A stretch of 64,000 bases of DNA from positions 74,338,001 to 74,402,000 of the forward strand of contig OX597818.1 in the NCBI GenBank assembly GCA_951406725.2, written 5' to 3'. The notes below the pieces were generated by a model that worked only from the letters and a program-made list of their open reading frames with translations, was not told the origin of the DNA and searched no databases. The translations under genes and the position numbers were made by a program. Of this stretch, positions 11,491-27,287 are shown in pieces (within the stretch, counting starts at the first letter, position 1; the number at the start of each line of letters is the position of its first letter). The DNA comes from Octopus vulgaris. Its lineage: Eukaryota.

Positions 11491-13537
11491 TTTGTTTTAA
11501 TTTGCATAATAAACTAAATGAATATATAAGTTCACAGATTAAAAAAATGTAAATAATGCATAATGCAAATAATAGTAACCCATACATACAGAGAAGAGAA
11601 TGTGCCATGTAGGTATGGAATTGGAACCACATGAATTTGGCAAAGGCTGTGCTTTCGACTTTTCAAAATGTTCAATCACGAAAGTTCTTGTAAGCTACTC
11701 TATTTCTGGAACTTTTATTTGTAAAGTAACATAGAAATAAGACGTCATACAGGATAGTAGGAGAAGAGAGTGTAATGTTGCAACCTAGCAAAACCGTTAA
11801 CACGCCGGCTAACTTAGCCTTTTCCCCCTTCGATGTCAATAAAATAAAATACCAGTCAAGAACTGGAGTCCATCTAATTGCTTGCCCTGAACTCCACAAC
11901 GGAACGGTGTACCGTATGTTGTGATGTCGGTCACTATACACAATGGAAAACGAAAAAGGTGAATGTATGAATTCAAGAAAAATGTTCATAATATCAGCGG
12001 AAAAGGGGAGAAGATTAATCTTAGTTTGAAATGGAGTCCTATATTGAGGAATATTAGGCAATATTAGTAGGTAAAGAGAGACTAGAGTATAGTAGGAAGA
12101 AGGTAAGTGAAAAGACAAAATGAAAGCCTCCAAATGTTTCTGGTCGTACTAATCTATCTAGAAATACGATATCGAACATATATCGTCTAATTCAAACAAC
12201 ACCAATAAATGTTATCCAGCAACCCAACTTGCACTTATTTACTCCAACAACTGCACAAACAGATACTAGCGTGCATGAAACTGTAGAACAACAGCAATAG
12301 AAAATATTACCATAGCCGACGTTTATTGCACTGAAATAATATGCATACGCTCCATAATTAACATACTCCAAAACAGGTTCTTGAATCATACCAACTCTTT
12401 CTACAACCCAGTTACGAAAACAAAAGTAGGCCTTTACAGTTATATCTGATCCCTGAAAGTCTGTAATGCAATGTATAAAATAGTCTAAAATTTAAACTCT
12501 TTCATTAAACCTTAATTAAGTAATAAGAAAAGAATCTTGCTAACTTTCTTCAACTACAATTTTTAATATCTTTAATTTAAACGTGCATAACAACTAATTT
12601 AATTGCTGCACGTACACATACTACTTTTCACATTCTGAAATATTTTCACATGATGTTATTACATAGATAATCCACAAATACTTCCCTAAATATTAGAGAA
12701 CGGTATACATATTTTCCCGAGATACTATAAACTTCCTTAGTCTGCACATTTAGGACCATAAATACGCTTACAGTCTTCAAATTATGTGTAGGCGACAAAG
12801 ATAGCTACAGAGGTTTTATTTAGATTAGAGTTAGTTTCGATATATATTACTATTGCGCTAATAAAAATTCTTAGAATACCCACACTGCATTACAGCACCA
12901 CTTTTTACTGAATCAAACAATATAAAATAATTACATGTTGCTCTATTAATAAGTAATCTCCAATTCTATATCATACATTTAATCGGTTATGTTGGGTATA
13001 GCTATATACTCAAGGCGCTTAAATTATCTTCCCTTTTCTAAATTAATATCAACATACTAGTTCTAATGAACCACTCAACATATTACACAATCAGGATACC
13101 GTCATTTGATACTTATTTATATTAATAGTTAAAACTACTAGAAATTTACACATGGAAGCATGAAATAAGAGAGGGAAGTCATAATAGCAGTATGTATTGA
13201 GAAATGTGTAAATGAAATTCATGGATCATATTATTGTTGGTTATACAGCAATTTAATGCAGCTATACGACATGAGTTTGCAACTAAGTGACATGTGATGT
13301 CGGTTCACTTCCGAACTGAAATAGGTTCCCATCCTCTGTATCATGAATAGTTAAATGGACCACTCTTAACGAAAGCCAGAGCTTCCTTCGACCTCTACAT
13401 AAAAAGTATCAAGAAAAAATGTTATTTAGATATACTTTTGCTTCAGTTGTTTATACTATTTTACGTTATTCATTTAAAGTTCCCAAATTTCCTTATTTAA
13501 ATTATGAATTATATTCCTTTCGATAATATCAATATGA

Positions 13538-13710
13538 TTACAAAACTTCGTTGTAGACGATATTATCTGTTTGGTTCTCACTAATTTTCAAATTACTGGA
13601 GTCCGTTGTACTACTCATAGTGACGTGTGTAAACATCGGAGTGGGTAAAATTACACCAACACGATCTAAAGTCTGGCCCTGTGCCTTGTTTGCTGTAAAT
13701 GCATGAACGG
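13538..13710 (-). pseudogene. Helitron Pif1-like helicase C-terminal remnant
   Basis: HAFTANKAQGQTLDRVGVILPTPMFTH...TDNIVYNEVL* matches the Helitron helicase terminus (MTINKSQGQTL..VG..L..PVFSHGQLY...NIVY.EVL). Confidence 0.85.
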
Positions 13711-13989
13711 AATCTTCAAGGTTGCAAAATATCAAACTAAGGCTTACCTCACACTGTTCTATGCGAATAATATCTGAATAATCTGGCACCATGGATTATA
13801 TTGATTGACAAACTGAGATGTAAACAACATCTGCTTCGATTAACCATTTCGAATCCTACTCGAAACTAACACACTTCAATAACCACTCACTAATCACACA
13901 CACTAAATACTGACACACACATTTTCCATTTCATTTTCGCTATTAACCGTCCTCGCAACCGTCTTCGTATCTACGATGGGGCCACGACC

Positions 13990-14533
13990 TAAACGATGAA
14001 AATCCAGAGTTACTCGTGGTCGGTGGATTTTTAGTAAAAATGCGAAGGTTGTTTATCAATTCAAAATTCGATATCGATGAAATAATCATACTTTCTGAAA
14101 TTTTAATGCTAAAAATCTTCCATACGACCGTCTTTGTAATCCCGAAAGATATCGTAACCGTTTGGCCGTGAAGAGGGAACAGACAAAGAGATAGACGGGC
14201 GGAATGAGAGACGGACATGATGCCCTATATAGTAAGATAATAAATCTGCCCATCTGCAATGAGAAAAAATGGTATAGTATCGCAAATCTAAATTCATGAA
14301 TTATAGGGGCGGGGGAATCCAGAGTTAATCCGCGTCGCCAGAATTTAACAGAAAATTCAAAGGTGATTTATTAATACAAAACTCAATATCCTCTAAATAA
14401 TTATACTTTTTCACATTTTTCTTTCGCTAAAGACCTTCCTAATTACTCCCTTCGTAAACTCGAAAAACATCGTGGCGATTCATCAAGCCGTTTGACTGTG
14501 AAGAGGGAAAAGACATGCAGAAAGACGGACATA
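13990..14533 (-). mobile_element. Helitron-like 5' region, two tandem ~290-bp units
   Basis: Units start TCTTACTATA (near 14532 and 14238, minus) followed by tgtccgtc...ttccctcttcac.gtcaaac. Homologous to 51613-52190 and lies upstream of the helicase remnant on the same strand. Confidence 0.6.
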
Positions 14534-15252
14534 CCAGCTATTATAGTAAGATTATAAACCTATTCCTATTTCACACAACTCCTCTATAAGAACAGTCTTT
14601 GCAAGTGAGCATCCACACAAATTTCACATAAAACTTAACAATTTAGAATATAATGAATGAAGATCTAAGCTCATTCAAAAATTCTGAGGGCACTGGACGC
14701 TTGTACTTAGAAAGTGAATAACCCTTTCATCAAAATTACCCCACAGAATACTTTTCTTGCTTGGACAAGACCCTAAATTGAGCTTGTTTCTAGTAAAACT
14801 TAACACTAATTCATGGCAAAAAGTTATATTCAAGATATATTTTCCTTTTATACAAATAGAAAATAATGTGTAGCAGGTGTTGAAAATACAAACTTTCAAG
14901 TTTCCATTGTATGAATTTTATAGAAAAACAATCTAGACAACTACTAATACGTATTCAGTGTATTGTTTTAGAGTATTTTTTGTTCTGTGTCCATAAACAT
15001 CACCACAATCAAACATAAAACAGCAATAAAGTGTATGATAACTATTTATTCTTATTCTGTATTTAATAAGACAATCTCCATACACCGCAATTAATAAGAG
15101 TAGTGTCAGTGTTTATTTCTTTCTTTAAAACAACCACATCTAAACAATGTAAAAAATTACACACCGTTGATTTTTATTAAATTCGCAAAATTATTTAATC
15201 CGATCTGGCGCAGAACATTCAAGCTTATTCTCACATAAACACACACACACGC

Positions 15253-15321
<69 letters not shown>

Positions 15322-17039
15322 GAATATTAATGCCTAGTCTACAGCTCATGTATGTTTATCACATATAAACCTACTTGATGTATTATCCAAATTTGCCATT
15401 CTCCTAATTCTACTCTACAAAATATATACCTTTACGTACTTCAATTTTTTCCTTTCTCTATGTTATTTTCAGTGAAATTTTTTATTGAGGTAATTCATTA
15501 GCAACTTACCTCTCTATTTCCATCGCATGATGTCACAAACTATAAACTTTCCTTATCATTCTGAACACTTGTCATTCAGTTATCACCTCCTCTCCGGTAT
15601 CATTTTATAAATAATCTTCTAGCTGCCGCAACCACAGTTTGAACAAACTACTTCCAAGACGAACCTTCGAAGTTACTATTTATGATTTATGTTTTAGTGA
15701 ATATAGGGAAATGTATATTTAACACAACTCTACTTAGATCTCTAAGTTTATTCTACATGTCATACACGTAAATACATAAATTGTATATACCTAAACATTG
15801 AGATATTTGCACTCTGTGTTCCGTCGACAGAACAGCTAGAGGTTTACGGAAAATAATCTGTAATATATTATGTATTAAATTCGAATACCATTCCCCATGA
15901 AAAGTGTAATAAGATATATCTAAAAGCCTTGTGATACAACAAAATCTGAAATTTTCATTCAAAGAATTTGCTATTATTTCTAAATGTTATTTCCTAAAAA
16001 ACGCACTTGATTAAGAGACAACTAAAATAATGATACATATAAACTATAAAATGCCCTCCTTTTAATAAATCCTAATATAATAGTTTGTATACAATTATTT
16101 TCCTTATATTACAAGGTTGAAATCCAAAGAAAAAAATATTAATTTTACTCAAAATAAGATACATAACACCAAAACAACGTTAAAGTGGTGAAATTCAGCT
16201 CAGCTTAAGTACATTAAATCGATAATTCATATTAAAGCATCCACAATTGAAAATATTCTACAGAGAAGGAAATCACTTCTTTGGAGATTAAAAAAAATAA
16301 TATCCAGATTTTCAACGTCATTGTAGGCTCAAATCATTAAGCCTGTTAGAAATGTGGTTTGGTTATACATTTTAGAGTCAGTGCATGATAAAATATTTTC
16401 ATTATTGGCGATTTATATACAGATTACGAAACAAGAGTTAAATATTTAATCAAAAACGAATGTCAATTGTTATTTAAACTCTATGTCTCTCTAGGAATCT
16501 CATAAGAAATCCGTTAGCCTTTCCGATGTAACACTGAAATTAATAATCTCCTGATGAAAAGCCATTTATGAAATCCAACGAAAACTACAATATGCAGTCA
16601 TCCTAATATCAGCATCAGAGTACTATTAAGAACTGAGAGACTACTACTCTCTACAAGTCACTGTTTTGTTCAAATGAAAATGTATTCATTTATACCCACA
16701 AAGAGAAACTCTCTATGATTCGAAACATCGAGATGGTAAAATATCCTAATATCTGTGATTAACCTATAAAAAAAAACTATACATATTGAGCAGTTTAACC
16801 GACAATCTATTTTTAGGTTTCCAATATTTAAACTATCTCACCTAAACTTTTTTCTCACTCACAAATACCAAAAACTTCTCAACCAAAGCATGGAAAATTT
16901 TCTTAGTTTACAAATCAAATTTTTGAGCATATATAAGGTAATGAATGAGACAACTTGAACTACTTTAATCAGAATTTTATTAACACCAATTTCCTACCAA
17001 TTGAAGAAAATTGTATGGGAAAGGAAGTAATATGTTCTT

Positions 17040-17250
17040 TTCTGCTCTGGGCACAAGGTACGAAATTTTTTGAGGAGGGGGCCAGTCGATTAGAACGACC
17101 CCAGTACGCAACTAGTACATAATATATTGATCCTGAAAGGATGAAAGGCAAAGTCGACCTCGGTGGAATTTGAATTCAGGACGTAAAGACAGAAGAAATG
17201 CCATTAAGCATTTCGCTAGGAGTGCTAAGGTTTCTCTCAGCTCGTCGCCT
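17040..17250 (-). mobile_element. SINE family A
   Basis: aaaggatgaaaggcaaagtcgacctcggtggaatttgaattcag is the reverse complement of the core/B box. Confidence 0.85.
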
Positions 17251-18208
17251 TAAAGGAACCGACAACATATATTCGTTCTTCTGCCATATATATCCTTGCA
17301 GATCCTGCACAGATTAACATACACGTCCAAATTTTAATATTTACATTGGGCGCATTGCTTGTTAATGTTTCCAAGAACGCACTAATACGCATTAATGTAA
17401 TTTTCAAGGTATTATTCATATATTTTCTTTAAGGAACAGCAAAGTTTAATGATCTAACTACAAAACAGAAAATATAAAAATATAAAGGGCAATTACAATA
17501 TTCATTTATTTATCTTTTGTAATTAATAAACTAAACTAAGTACACTTTAAGTAATAAGCACTTACATATACTTACTTCGATCAATCAAAAGAAACACACT
17601 TCTCCACTCACTCTAACCTAAACAAAATATAAGCTTTAATAATTCATTGGCTTCATCTAACACCAGATATTCGGTATACTGCTTATGAAAATCGTACATA
17701 TAATATTAATAATTAGCCTACATTCAATATAAACGTACTTGATTTTTTATTCACATATGTCATTCACCAAATTTCAACAATTACCACACGTCAGTAACAT
17801 ATATGCTCATACAATATATACACAGGTCGTGCTTGATATATTTCTGTCGATTTCATAAAGATTTCTGATTCCGGTCACCATTCACGTCTCAACTCTAGTT
17901 TCCCCAATGATCGTTATTGATATTCTTTCTTGTCTCCCGCACTCTTCACCAATTATTTATTTATGTAAATGTCACTCAACTGTCTACTCCAGCCTCATTG
18001 CACATTTATGAATTGACTGCCTACTCAATGTGAAATGCTGCTTCTAAGGCTAACTTCTTCACTTTCAGATCTCTTTATAATAACAAGCCATGAAATTGGA
18101 CGGTTGGTTAGTTGGTTGAGGGAAGAGCGAGGAGAGAGTAAATGAATGGGCAGTTTGTTGTAACTGAAAAAGCATTTGCAATAAGTTTTGATTTATTGTA
18201 ATGAATAT

Positions 18209-18416
18209 TGGTTTCAAACTTTGGAAAAAGGCCAGGAATCTGAGGGGACTAGTCGATTATATCAACCCCAATACTCAACGGATATGTAATTTCTCACCCT
18301 CTCACACCGGAAAAAATGAAGGGCAAAATTGACCACAGCAGGATTTGAATTCAGCATGCAAAGACAGATGGAATGCCGCTAAGCATATTGCCAGCGGTTC
18401 TATCAGCTGACTACCC
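18209..18416 (-). mobile_element. SINE family A, diverged
   Basis: atgaagggcaaaattgacc...ggatttgaattcag. Confidence 0.65.
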
Positions 18417-18743
18417 TATTTATTGTAATGACAATTATCCTTAGACGCTATTTATTTAAGCTGTTCGTTAACAGTGTAAGTATTTTGGGCATTAATCACC
18501 ACAATATTCGCTTGCTTATGAATTTAATTGCTACATTAGTAATAATGCACTTTTGCTACAATGGTATTCACACACTAATTATAATTCAACTTTTATCAAG
18601 GTACTGATAGTGGCAAATGCATAATTACAAAATTAACGAAAATATCGAGAATAACATTCAGGTATTTCAATGAATTATACACACACACACATATGTGTGT
18701 GTGTGTATGAATGGAAGTTTTCTCCATTTTCTGATTGTTTAAG

Positions 18744-18842
<99 letters not shown>

Positions 18843-19240
18843 TATACATACATACATATACTAATTTAATATAAAATTACCGATAAGTTTTTATTTCAGA
18901 TTAACTACCTGGTATAATTATTAACGTGATTTTATCCTCCTTTTCTCTTATGACTAAAATAAAATATTTTAACTCCTGATAAAAATCGCATTTCCTGCGG
19001 ACGTATTTTGCTAATATCCACGTGGTTGTCATGAAAATGTATAAATCTGACCTATCTTCGATCTATACGTAGAAATATTTTTATGCAGACGTGCGAATCC
19101 GCTTTGTACGGTTATGTATAATCATTTGTATGTATATTCTGGTGTATTATGTTGACGAAGGAACAATTCTTTTTGCGGCTTTAATCCAGAAATTAATTGA
19201 CGTGAAGCTTTTCTAGTATTTTTCACTCGCATAACTACAA

Positions 19241-20150
<910 letters not shown>

Positions 20151-20383
20151 TAAAAACCAAGAGAGAAGATAGAGAGTAATAAAAATTTATTAATACATTG
20201 TCAAATCCTACACTTGTTTCAATTCATCGCTTATAGTTTAAAATCAATCAAATTTAAATTAATTTAACTTAATCAATTTGGTTAATTGTTACAAGCCAGA
20301 ATACCATCAAAGAACATATAGAGAAATTTATATATATCATATTTAAAACATAATGACAACATTAAATTATCAAACAGGGTTAA

Positions 20384-22566
20384 ACTGGCTCGAATTTTAT
20401 GCCTCTGGAGATGTGGACACTATACTCCAGAACATTCTGAATTCAATATGGGCCGCATGTGCAGCATCAGTACCACGCAAGCACAAAAAAGCACCCAAGA
20501 GTGCAATTTGGGAGACTGCAGCAGTCCTACTTGCCAGGAAAGAACGCCGTAATGCTGAACAGGAATACAAATTGCACAAATCAGAGGGCAACAGGAAAAA
20601 GCGCAATAGGTCAGCCAACCACCTCAAGCAGGTGACAAAAAAGGCAGTGCTTGAATTTGAACAACCCATTGCAACTAACCCTGACAGCAAAGTGTTCTGG
20701 AAGTATGTGCACTCAAAGCAGAGACTCCACTCTCCAGTTGGTCCCCTTCGCAATTCCCACACAAGACAGATTACTGGCAATCCCAAAGAATGTGCAGAAA
20801 TCATTGCTGGATGCTATGCCGGCATCTTTACTGTCGAAGACCCAAATGTTCCATCTTCATCACCACTGACATCGGAATCTATATCTACTATGCAATTTAC
20901 ACCAGCAATGCTACAACGCCACCTTAAGAATAAACACAACTATGCCTCTCCTGGTCTCGATGGTGTTACATACCTACTTCTCAAACGCGGTGGGTAATTT
21001 CTGCTTAGCCAACTTTCTCTATTCTTCCAATTCTGTCTGGACAATGGTGTTACTCCAGAACAGTGGAAAACTGCCAGTGTTATCCCTCTGTTCAAAAAAG
21101 GCGACCGCACATCGCCTGTCAACTATCGCCCCGTTAGTCTTACTAGCTGCATCGCCAAACTGATGGAATCATGTATCAGAGAAACCCTCTGGAACTTCTG
21201 GAAGTCTCACAGCCTCATCCAGCCGTCACAATTTGGATTTATTCCTAACTCCAGCTGCTGTAATTAACTCATCGAGTTTCTTGGGGACGTTACCCAAATC
21301 ACTGATCGCAGATCCTGGGTGGATGTCGTTTACCTGTACTTTGCTAAGGCTTTTAACTCTGTGCCACACAAAAGACTTATGGTGAAGCTCTCTGCGTTGG
21401 GCGTAAGAGACGAACTCTATAACTGGTTGAAGTCCTTTATTTTCGGCCGAAAAGAGGTTGTCACAGTTCTAGGACAGCACTCTTCGCCCTATGAGATGAC
21501 ATCTGGTGTACCACAGGGATCTGTTCTTGGCCCCCTTTTATTTGTTGCATATGTTAATGACGTAGATGCCAACTTAAAGAATGCCACAGTACTGAAATAT
21601 GCAGATGACATCAAGCTGTACCTCGAAATAAAGAGGTCAGATCCTGTTCACTATAGATCTCTATTGCAAGCAGACCTGGACACAATGCAGCAATGGATCA
21701 TGGACTGGCAACTCGAGCTGGCTATGGACAAATGTACCACTATGCATTTTGGGAGGAGAAACCCAGCGTCCACCTACTCCCTCCACAACACTAGTCTCAA
21801 AAAGTCTTCATGTGAACGTGACCTGAGTGTTATTGTCGACAGTGATTTGCGTTGGACAAAACACATCGCTAAAATTGTCAAGAAGGCTGAGGGTGTCTTG
21901 GCATCACTCACCAAATCCTTTGTGAGCCGCTCTCCGACTATCTATCTGCGGCTTTATACAGCTATGGTAAGACCTCAACTGGAATTTGCATCACCGGTCT
22001 GGAACCCCTATCATGACCAGGATATCAATCGTCTGGAAGCCGTTCAATGACGTGCAACCAAAAGAATACCCTCCATCAGGCATTTGCCATATTCTGAACG
22101 CCTTACTTCCCTGGGCATGGACACATTGAAACTCCGACGTCTGGCAGCTGACTTGGCAGACACCCATAAAATTATCAACCATCGCACAAACAATAACTCT
22201 GAGCACCTTTTCAGACTCCACCCATCTAACACCCGTGGACATATTTACAAAGTAAGAAAACAGCACAGCTCCCATGACTTTAGGAAACATGTTTTCACGC
22301 TGAGAGTTGCTGAAGCATGGAACAAACTGCCGGCATCAGTTGTTAGTTGTCGGAGCACTGCATCCTTCAAAACTTCCATGCTTTCTGAGATTCGCCAACA
22401 CTACACCTGATTTTCTCCCCTCCATACACACACAAGCATGTACCTGACTCGTGCATTGTTCGCTTTCCAGACATTTGCACACTACTGCATGTGCTTTATA
22501 GGCACTGTCTGACAAGTTGTGGTGCACCTGAACACTGTATACATTAATTTCATTATTATTATTATT
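20384..22566 (+). mobile_element. 5'-truncated CR1/L2-group LINE, ORF2 RT pseudogene with (ATT)n tail
   Basis: Colinear frames: FWKYV, ASPGLDGV, WKTASVIPLFKKG...NYRPVSLTS, QFGF, DVVYLYFAKAFNSVPH, SGVPQGSVLGPLLF, YADDIKLY, RPQLEFASPVWNPY, LE.VQ, RV.EAWNKLP. Premature stops at 20995 and 22048. The 3' UTR ends in attattattatt. Confidence 0.92.
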
Positions 22567-22827
22567 AAAAACAGAGAGTACTATTAAAATTTATACATAA
22601 TATAAAGGTATATGCAGTTATAAAACTAGTTATTGTCATAAATTAGTATAAATAACTATAATGTTAATGCAGACATATCCATGCAAAAATACGATAAATG
22701 GTGATAGGTAAAAAAACAATAGATTGGTCATTAAATTATGGGAGTAGAAAAGTGAAATACACACATGCACATACGCTTGTACACAATCTCACACACTCAC
22801 ACACACATATACATATATTTTTTTAAA

Positions 22828-23003
22828 GACTCTGCCGGTTACGACGACGAGGGTCCCAGCTGATACGATCAACGGAACAGCTTGCTCGTGAAATTAACGT
22901 GCAAATGGCTGAGCATTCCACAGACACGTGTACCCTTAACGTAGTTCTCGGGGATAATCAGCGTGACACAGAGAGTGACAAGGCTGACCCTTTGAAATAC
23001 AAG
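22828..23003 (-). mobile_element. 5'-truncated SINE family C flanked by a 99-bp direct duplication
   Basis: Reverse complement of ~50995-51170. Flanks 22720-22818 and 23004-23102 differ at one position. Confidence 0.88.
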
Positions 23004-23348
23004 TAGATTGGTCATTAAATTATGGGAGTAGAGAAGTGAAATACACACATGCACATACGCTTGTACACAATCTCACACACTCACACACACATATACATAT
23101 ATATATATATACACATACACAGATATAAAGCTTAGTATAAAGCTTACTAAATTAATTAAAGTAATTAAAATTATGAATTAATAAGAAGATAAAGAGTGAG
23201 TAAATGAAGATTTAAGTGATACTACAATATTTAGAAGAGAAAAATAGACATGGAGGAATAGAGGCATGCACAACAAAAATAGGTGGTAAATTATTAAGCG
23301 ATGTTTAGAATAATTAAAGATGTAATATGGACATATATATGTATACAC

Positions 23349-23426
<78 letters not shown>

Positions 23427-23468
23427 GCATATATATATAAATATATATACACATGAATAAATAAATAA

Positions 23469-23525
<57 letters not shown>

Positions 23526-24356
23526 AGCACACACCCGAGGGTTGGCTTAAAATTTCATAGGTTGAAATTCTCATGGAATTTGCGCAAATGAGTTTTGCTT
23601 GGGAACATAGACCCCTCGCGGTCCACACGCTTTTTCCATCAGTGTTACAATACTTGAATCTTTCATCCTATTCATCATACCAGCCAATTGTTTCTTCTGT
23701 TGGGGGAACAGATGCGATTATATCAGGAGAATAGATGTGCAGATTCATCAGTTCAAAGGCATAGTCACGCAAAGCAACCATTGAAACCAAGGAAGACGTT
23801 TTGTGCAGGTACTTTATAACACCACGATGCCAAATGTTATTGATTTTGAAGAAGTTTCTACCAGTTACTTTTTAAGTACTCTTTAAACAGGAAGATACCA
23901 GTGGGCCTAAAATAAAATGCAGTTATAATTAGGAATGGTTGAAATTAATGCGTGTAAGATGTCACAACTCTAACGGTAAAACATTAGAAATAAGATGTCC
24001 AGCTCTTAGCTCATAAATCTACATTTCTTTTTCAAGTAAGAACGTCTGTAATACATTAATTCCCTTTTATTTACATGGATATATGTGTTCCTGAAACACA
24101 AATCTACATATGAACTAATTCATATGTCATTTCACAATAACTTGCCTATTCTTAACTTTTATTGGTGCATTGGAAGGTGTTAATTAAGACTGCTTTTCAC
24201 TTTCTCTCTATAGTACACGATAATATATCGGTGAACAGTGGCATCGTTGTGCATTAGATTACACACAGATTTTCAATGAGTCAAACTCTGGTTACTGCAT
24301 CAACAAAAGTGGTAATGACAAGTACCGTTTGTAATCTTGGCCTTTGAAAATCTTTA

Positions 24357-25374
24357 TCTTTATATATATAAAACTGAGAATGTGTGTCTGCTTGTCTGTC
24401 TGTCTGTCTGTGTGTTTCCCTAAAACTTGAGAACTACACAACCAATTTCATTCAAATTTTACACATGCCTTACTTAGGGTCCATGTAGTTTCAATGGCAA
24501 AAAAATGTTCAACTTCTTGCCTAGAGCGAGCCTATAGCAATATCATATCTTCTCCACTATTTCAGTATTACGTGTTAAAAGTGAAACAAAAATATTTCTC
24601 TATTTTATGTCAGATGCTTTCACTTTAACAATAAAAATAATAATAACAATTGAATTATATGTAGTAAGTAATAATTAAATTCAAACTAAAGTAAAATATA
24701 ATCGTAACATAACAAAAGTAAAAATAGCAATTGGTATAAAATTGCATCAATGATTTGAACTTGAATAAGTGGTTTCACATGAATGGGAATAAATTAAAAA
24801 TAAAATTAGCGTGCAGAAATGGAATAGTCCAGATGGATAATAAAAATTAAATTAAAGGAAAGACTATTGTCTATAAAGTATACAATGTAGAGAAAAAACA
24901 CCTTCGAAAATTGTCTTGGTACGACTCAGAAAGATATCTAATCAGAGGCGGTAAATTCGCCACAATAGAAGCAAGGTTCGAGTCAACGGAGCGTGCAAGG
25001 GAGTAATCGACTCGAACTTGCAAAGTAGAAATATTTTATGTTTACCTTTATATTTGGGACGTAGGACGTCCCGGAAAAAAATTTTTAATGCCCCCCCCGC
25101 CCGAAGTAGAGGTAGGCTGGATTGTAGCCACACTTCTATACAAAATGGAGGACAAGATACAATTGACCGAAATTACAAGAGACGGGCTAACAATTCCAGT
25201 CTGTTATATATTTTGAGTATTGTTATCACTAGCGATATCAAGATATAACTTTGTATTTTGCATTATATGTGTAGATGTATATATATAGATGTACATGTAA
25301 TATGTACACATATATATACACATATATACATGCACTAGCACTATGACCCGGCAACGACGGGTCTTTAATGCTAG
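24357..25374 (+). mobile_element. Complete non-autonomous Helitron
   Basis: 5' a|TCTTTATATATATAAAA followed by a (GTCT)n tract. 3' hairpin gacccg-gcaacga-cgggtc (25345-25363) then CTAG|t. Inserted in an A/T dinucleotide with no TSD. The 5' TC could alternatively be at 24351. Confidence 0.85.
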
Positions 25375-26523
25375 TTCTCTATATGGATAGTATTTTAATG
25401 CTATCTTGTGGAAATATGATTCACTAATCGTGTGTAAAGATTTCTTATTCAGTCAGGTTCCTGTTTGCTTTAGTTAGAAAAATGTATTATCAATAAATAT
25501 AATCTCATAATTTCAACCTGTAACAGAGATAATAAATAAACTCCGTAATGAAAATTTGATTCCATTTCAGAAGATTTTATTATGTAATTATATTCTTACC
25601 TTATTCGATGTCATATCAGACGCACTTTTTTCAGGAAAAAACGTCTAAAATATCGCTCCGAATCTTATATGCAAACTTAGCTAATTTTATCCAGGACGAT
25701 CACCTCTAATAAACTAATTTTAACCAACTGGTTTTCCCACGAAGTTCCATAATTATAATATTTAAACATTATCATTATTACTTATACATAGTAACTTTCT
25801 GCTAAAGTAGTTTTTTAATGTTTTATAATCTACTTCTTAAATGCTTTAAATATTACATGCTTTAAGTCACTAAAAGCGTTTTTGTTTTGCTTTTTTTTTC
25901 TGAAATATGCGCATCTGAAATTTGGTTACATCTAATATGCCCGCGTCTCTTTTATGCCCTCAGATACGATATACATGCTGCAGTAATTTTTATGTAAAAA
26001 TTGGAAATATTTATCTACACATAAATAGCAAAGTATACAAACTAAGAAACAATTGCATGATGAAGTTATATATATATCAAAATTACAATATTTAATTTTT
26101 GCATCATAACATGGTTCATTTTTTTCCCATCCCGTTATTAATTTGCAAATATTAGTAAACAAATTTCTGAGCGTAAACGGGCATTACGTTTCCATAATAA
26201 TCATATAAGTCACTTATTAAAAAATTGCTTGGTCATGACTTAAATTAATATCAAAATATCATGAAATACGAGACAGAGATTAATGATCGTGTAATATATA
26301 ATCAAAACAGCAATTTATCATGTAAAAATCAGACTGCTGTATACTGATATATTGCATAATGGTTATCATGTACGCCTATATTTTCATCCGGACGTATTGA
26401 CTATATACCTTCACAAACAGAAATATTTACGGAATTACATACACACTAACATGCTCACAAACCACACGCGTTTTTCTCTCACTTTCTCTCTATCTCCCCT
26501 CAACACACAAGAAATGGTCTACA

Positions 26524-26580
<57 letters not shown>

Positions 26581-26602
26581 TTTGAATCTAAATTTTGCTG
26601 AA

Positions 26603-26643
<41 letters not shown>

Positions 26644-26947
26644 TGATGATGACTATAAAAAATCAACCGTCCGAAGGCAAACGAGCTAAGACAATCTCTC
26701 AGCATAAATTCAAGTATTTGGACTCACTTGGACCGGTTTCTGGACTGGCATAATAGCCTCAACCTCCTCAATACGCGTTACCATGATAGAAGGCCCCAAC
26801 CCGCTGCAACCGATTCGTTTTTGGCTGAATCATGGCAGTCACCAGTGTGAAAATATTTTCAGTACGGAGCATTTTCAGTTAGTCGCGGATTGTCAAACTG
26901 TGCTCATTAACTTTTATGGTCAACAATAACAGAAAGTATACGATGCT

Positions 26948-27200
26948 TTGAAAGCCCAGTTACCTCGACCTGCCTACAATCCAGACCTTGCACCATCAGA
27001 TTGCGACAGTTTCCAACATACGGCTCATTTCTTTTATCGGCGTATGCTCACAAATGTGGATGATATTGAAATGGATGCAGGAGGATTTTTACCTCTAAAC
27101 CAGCTAAATATAATAAGCGTTGAAAACTGAAACTACTATATGGAAGGTTATATTTTCGTATGTAATTCGTACGTAATTGTTTGAAATATTAATTAAAACT
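26948..27200 (+). pseudogene. mariner transposase remnant
   Basis: LPRPAYNPDLAPSDCDSF resembles the mariner LPHPPYSPDLAPSD(Y/F)xLF motif. Confidence 0.75.
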
Positions 27201-27287
27201 CGAAATGCGATAAACATTTTTTCTCAACTTGTTACATATACATGTGTGTATTTGCGCGCGCGCGTGCGTGTGTGTATATGTGTGTGA

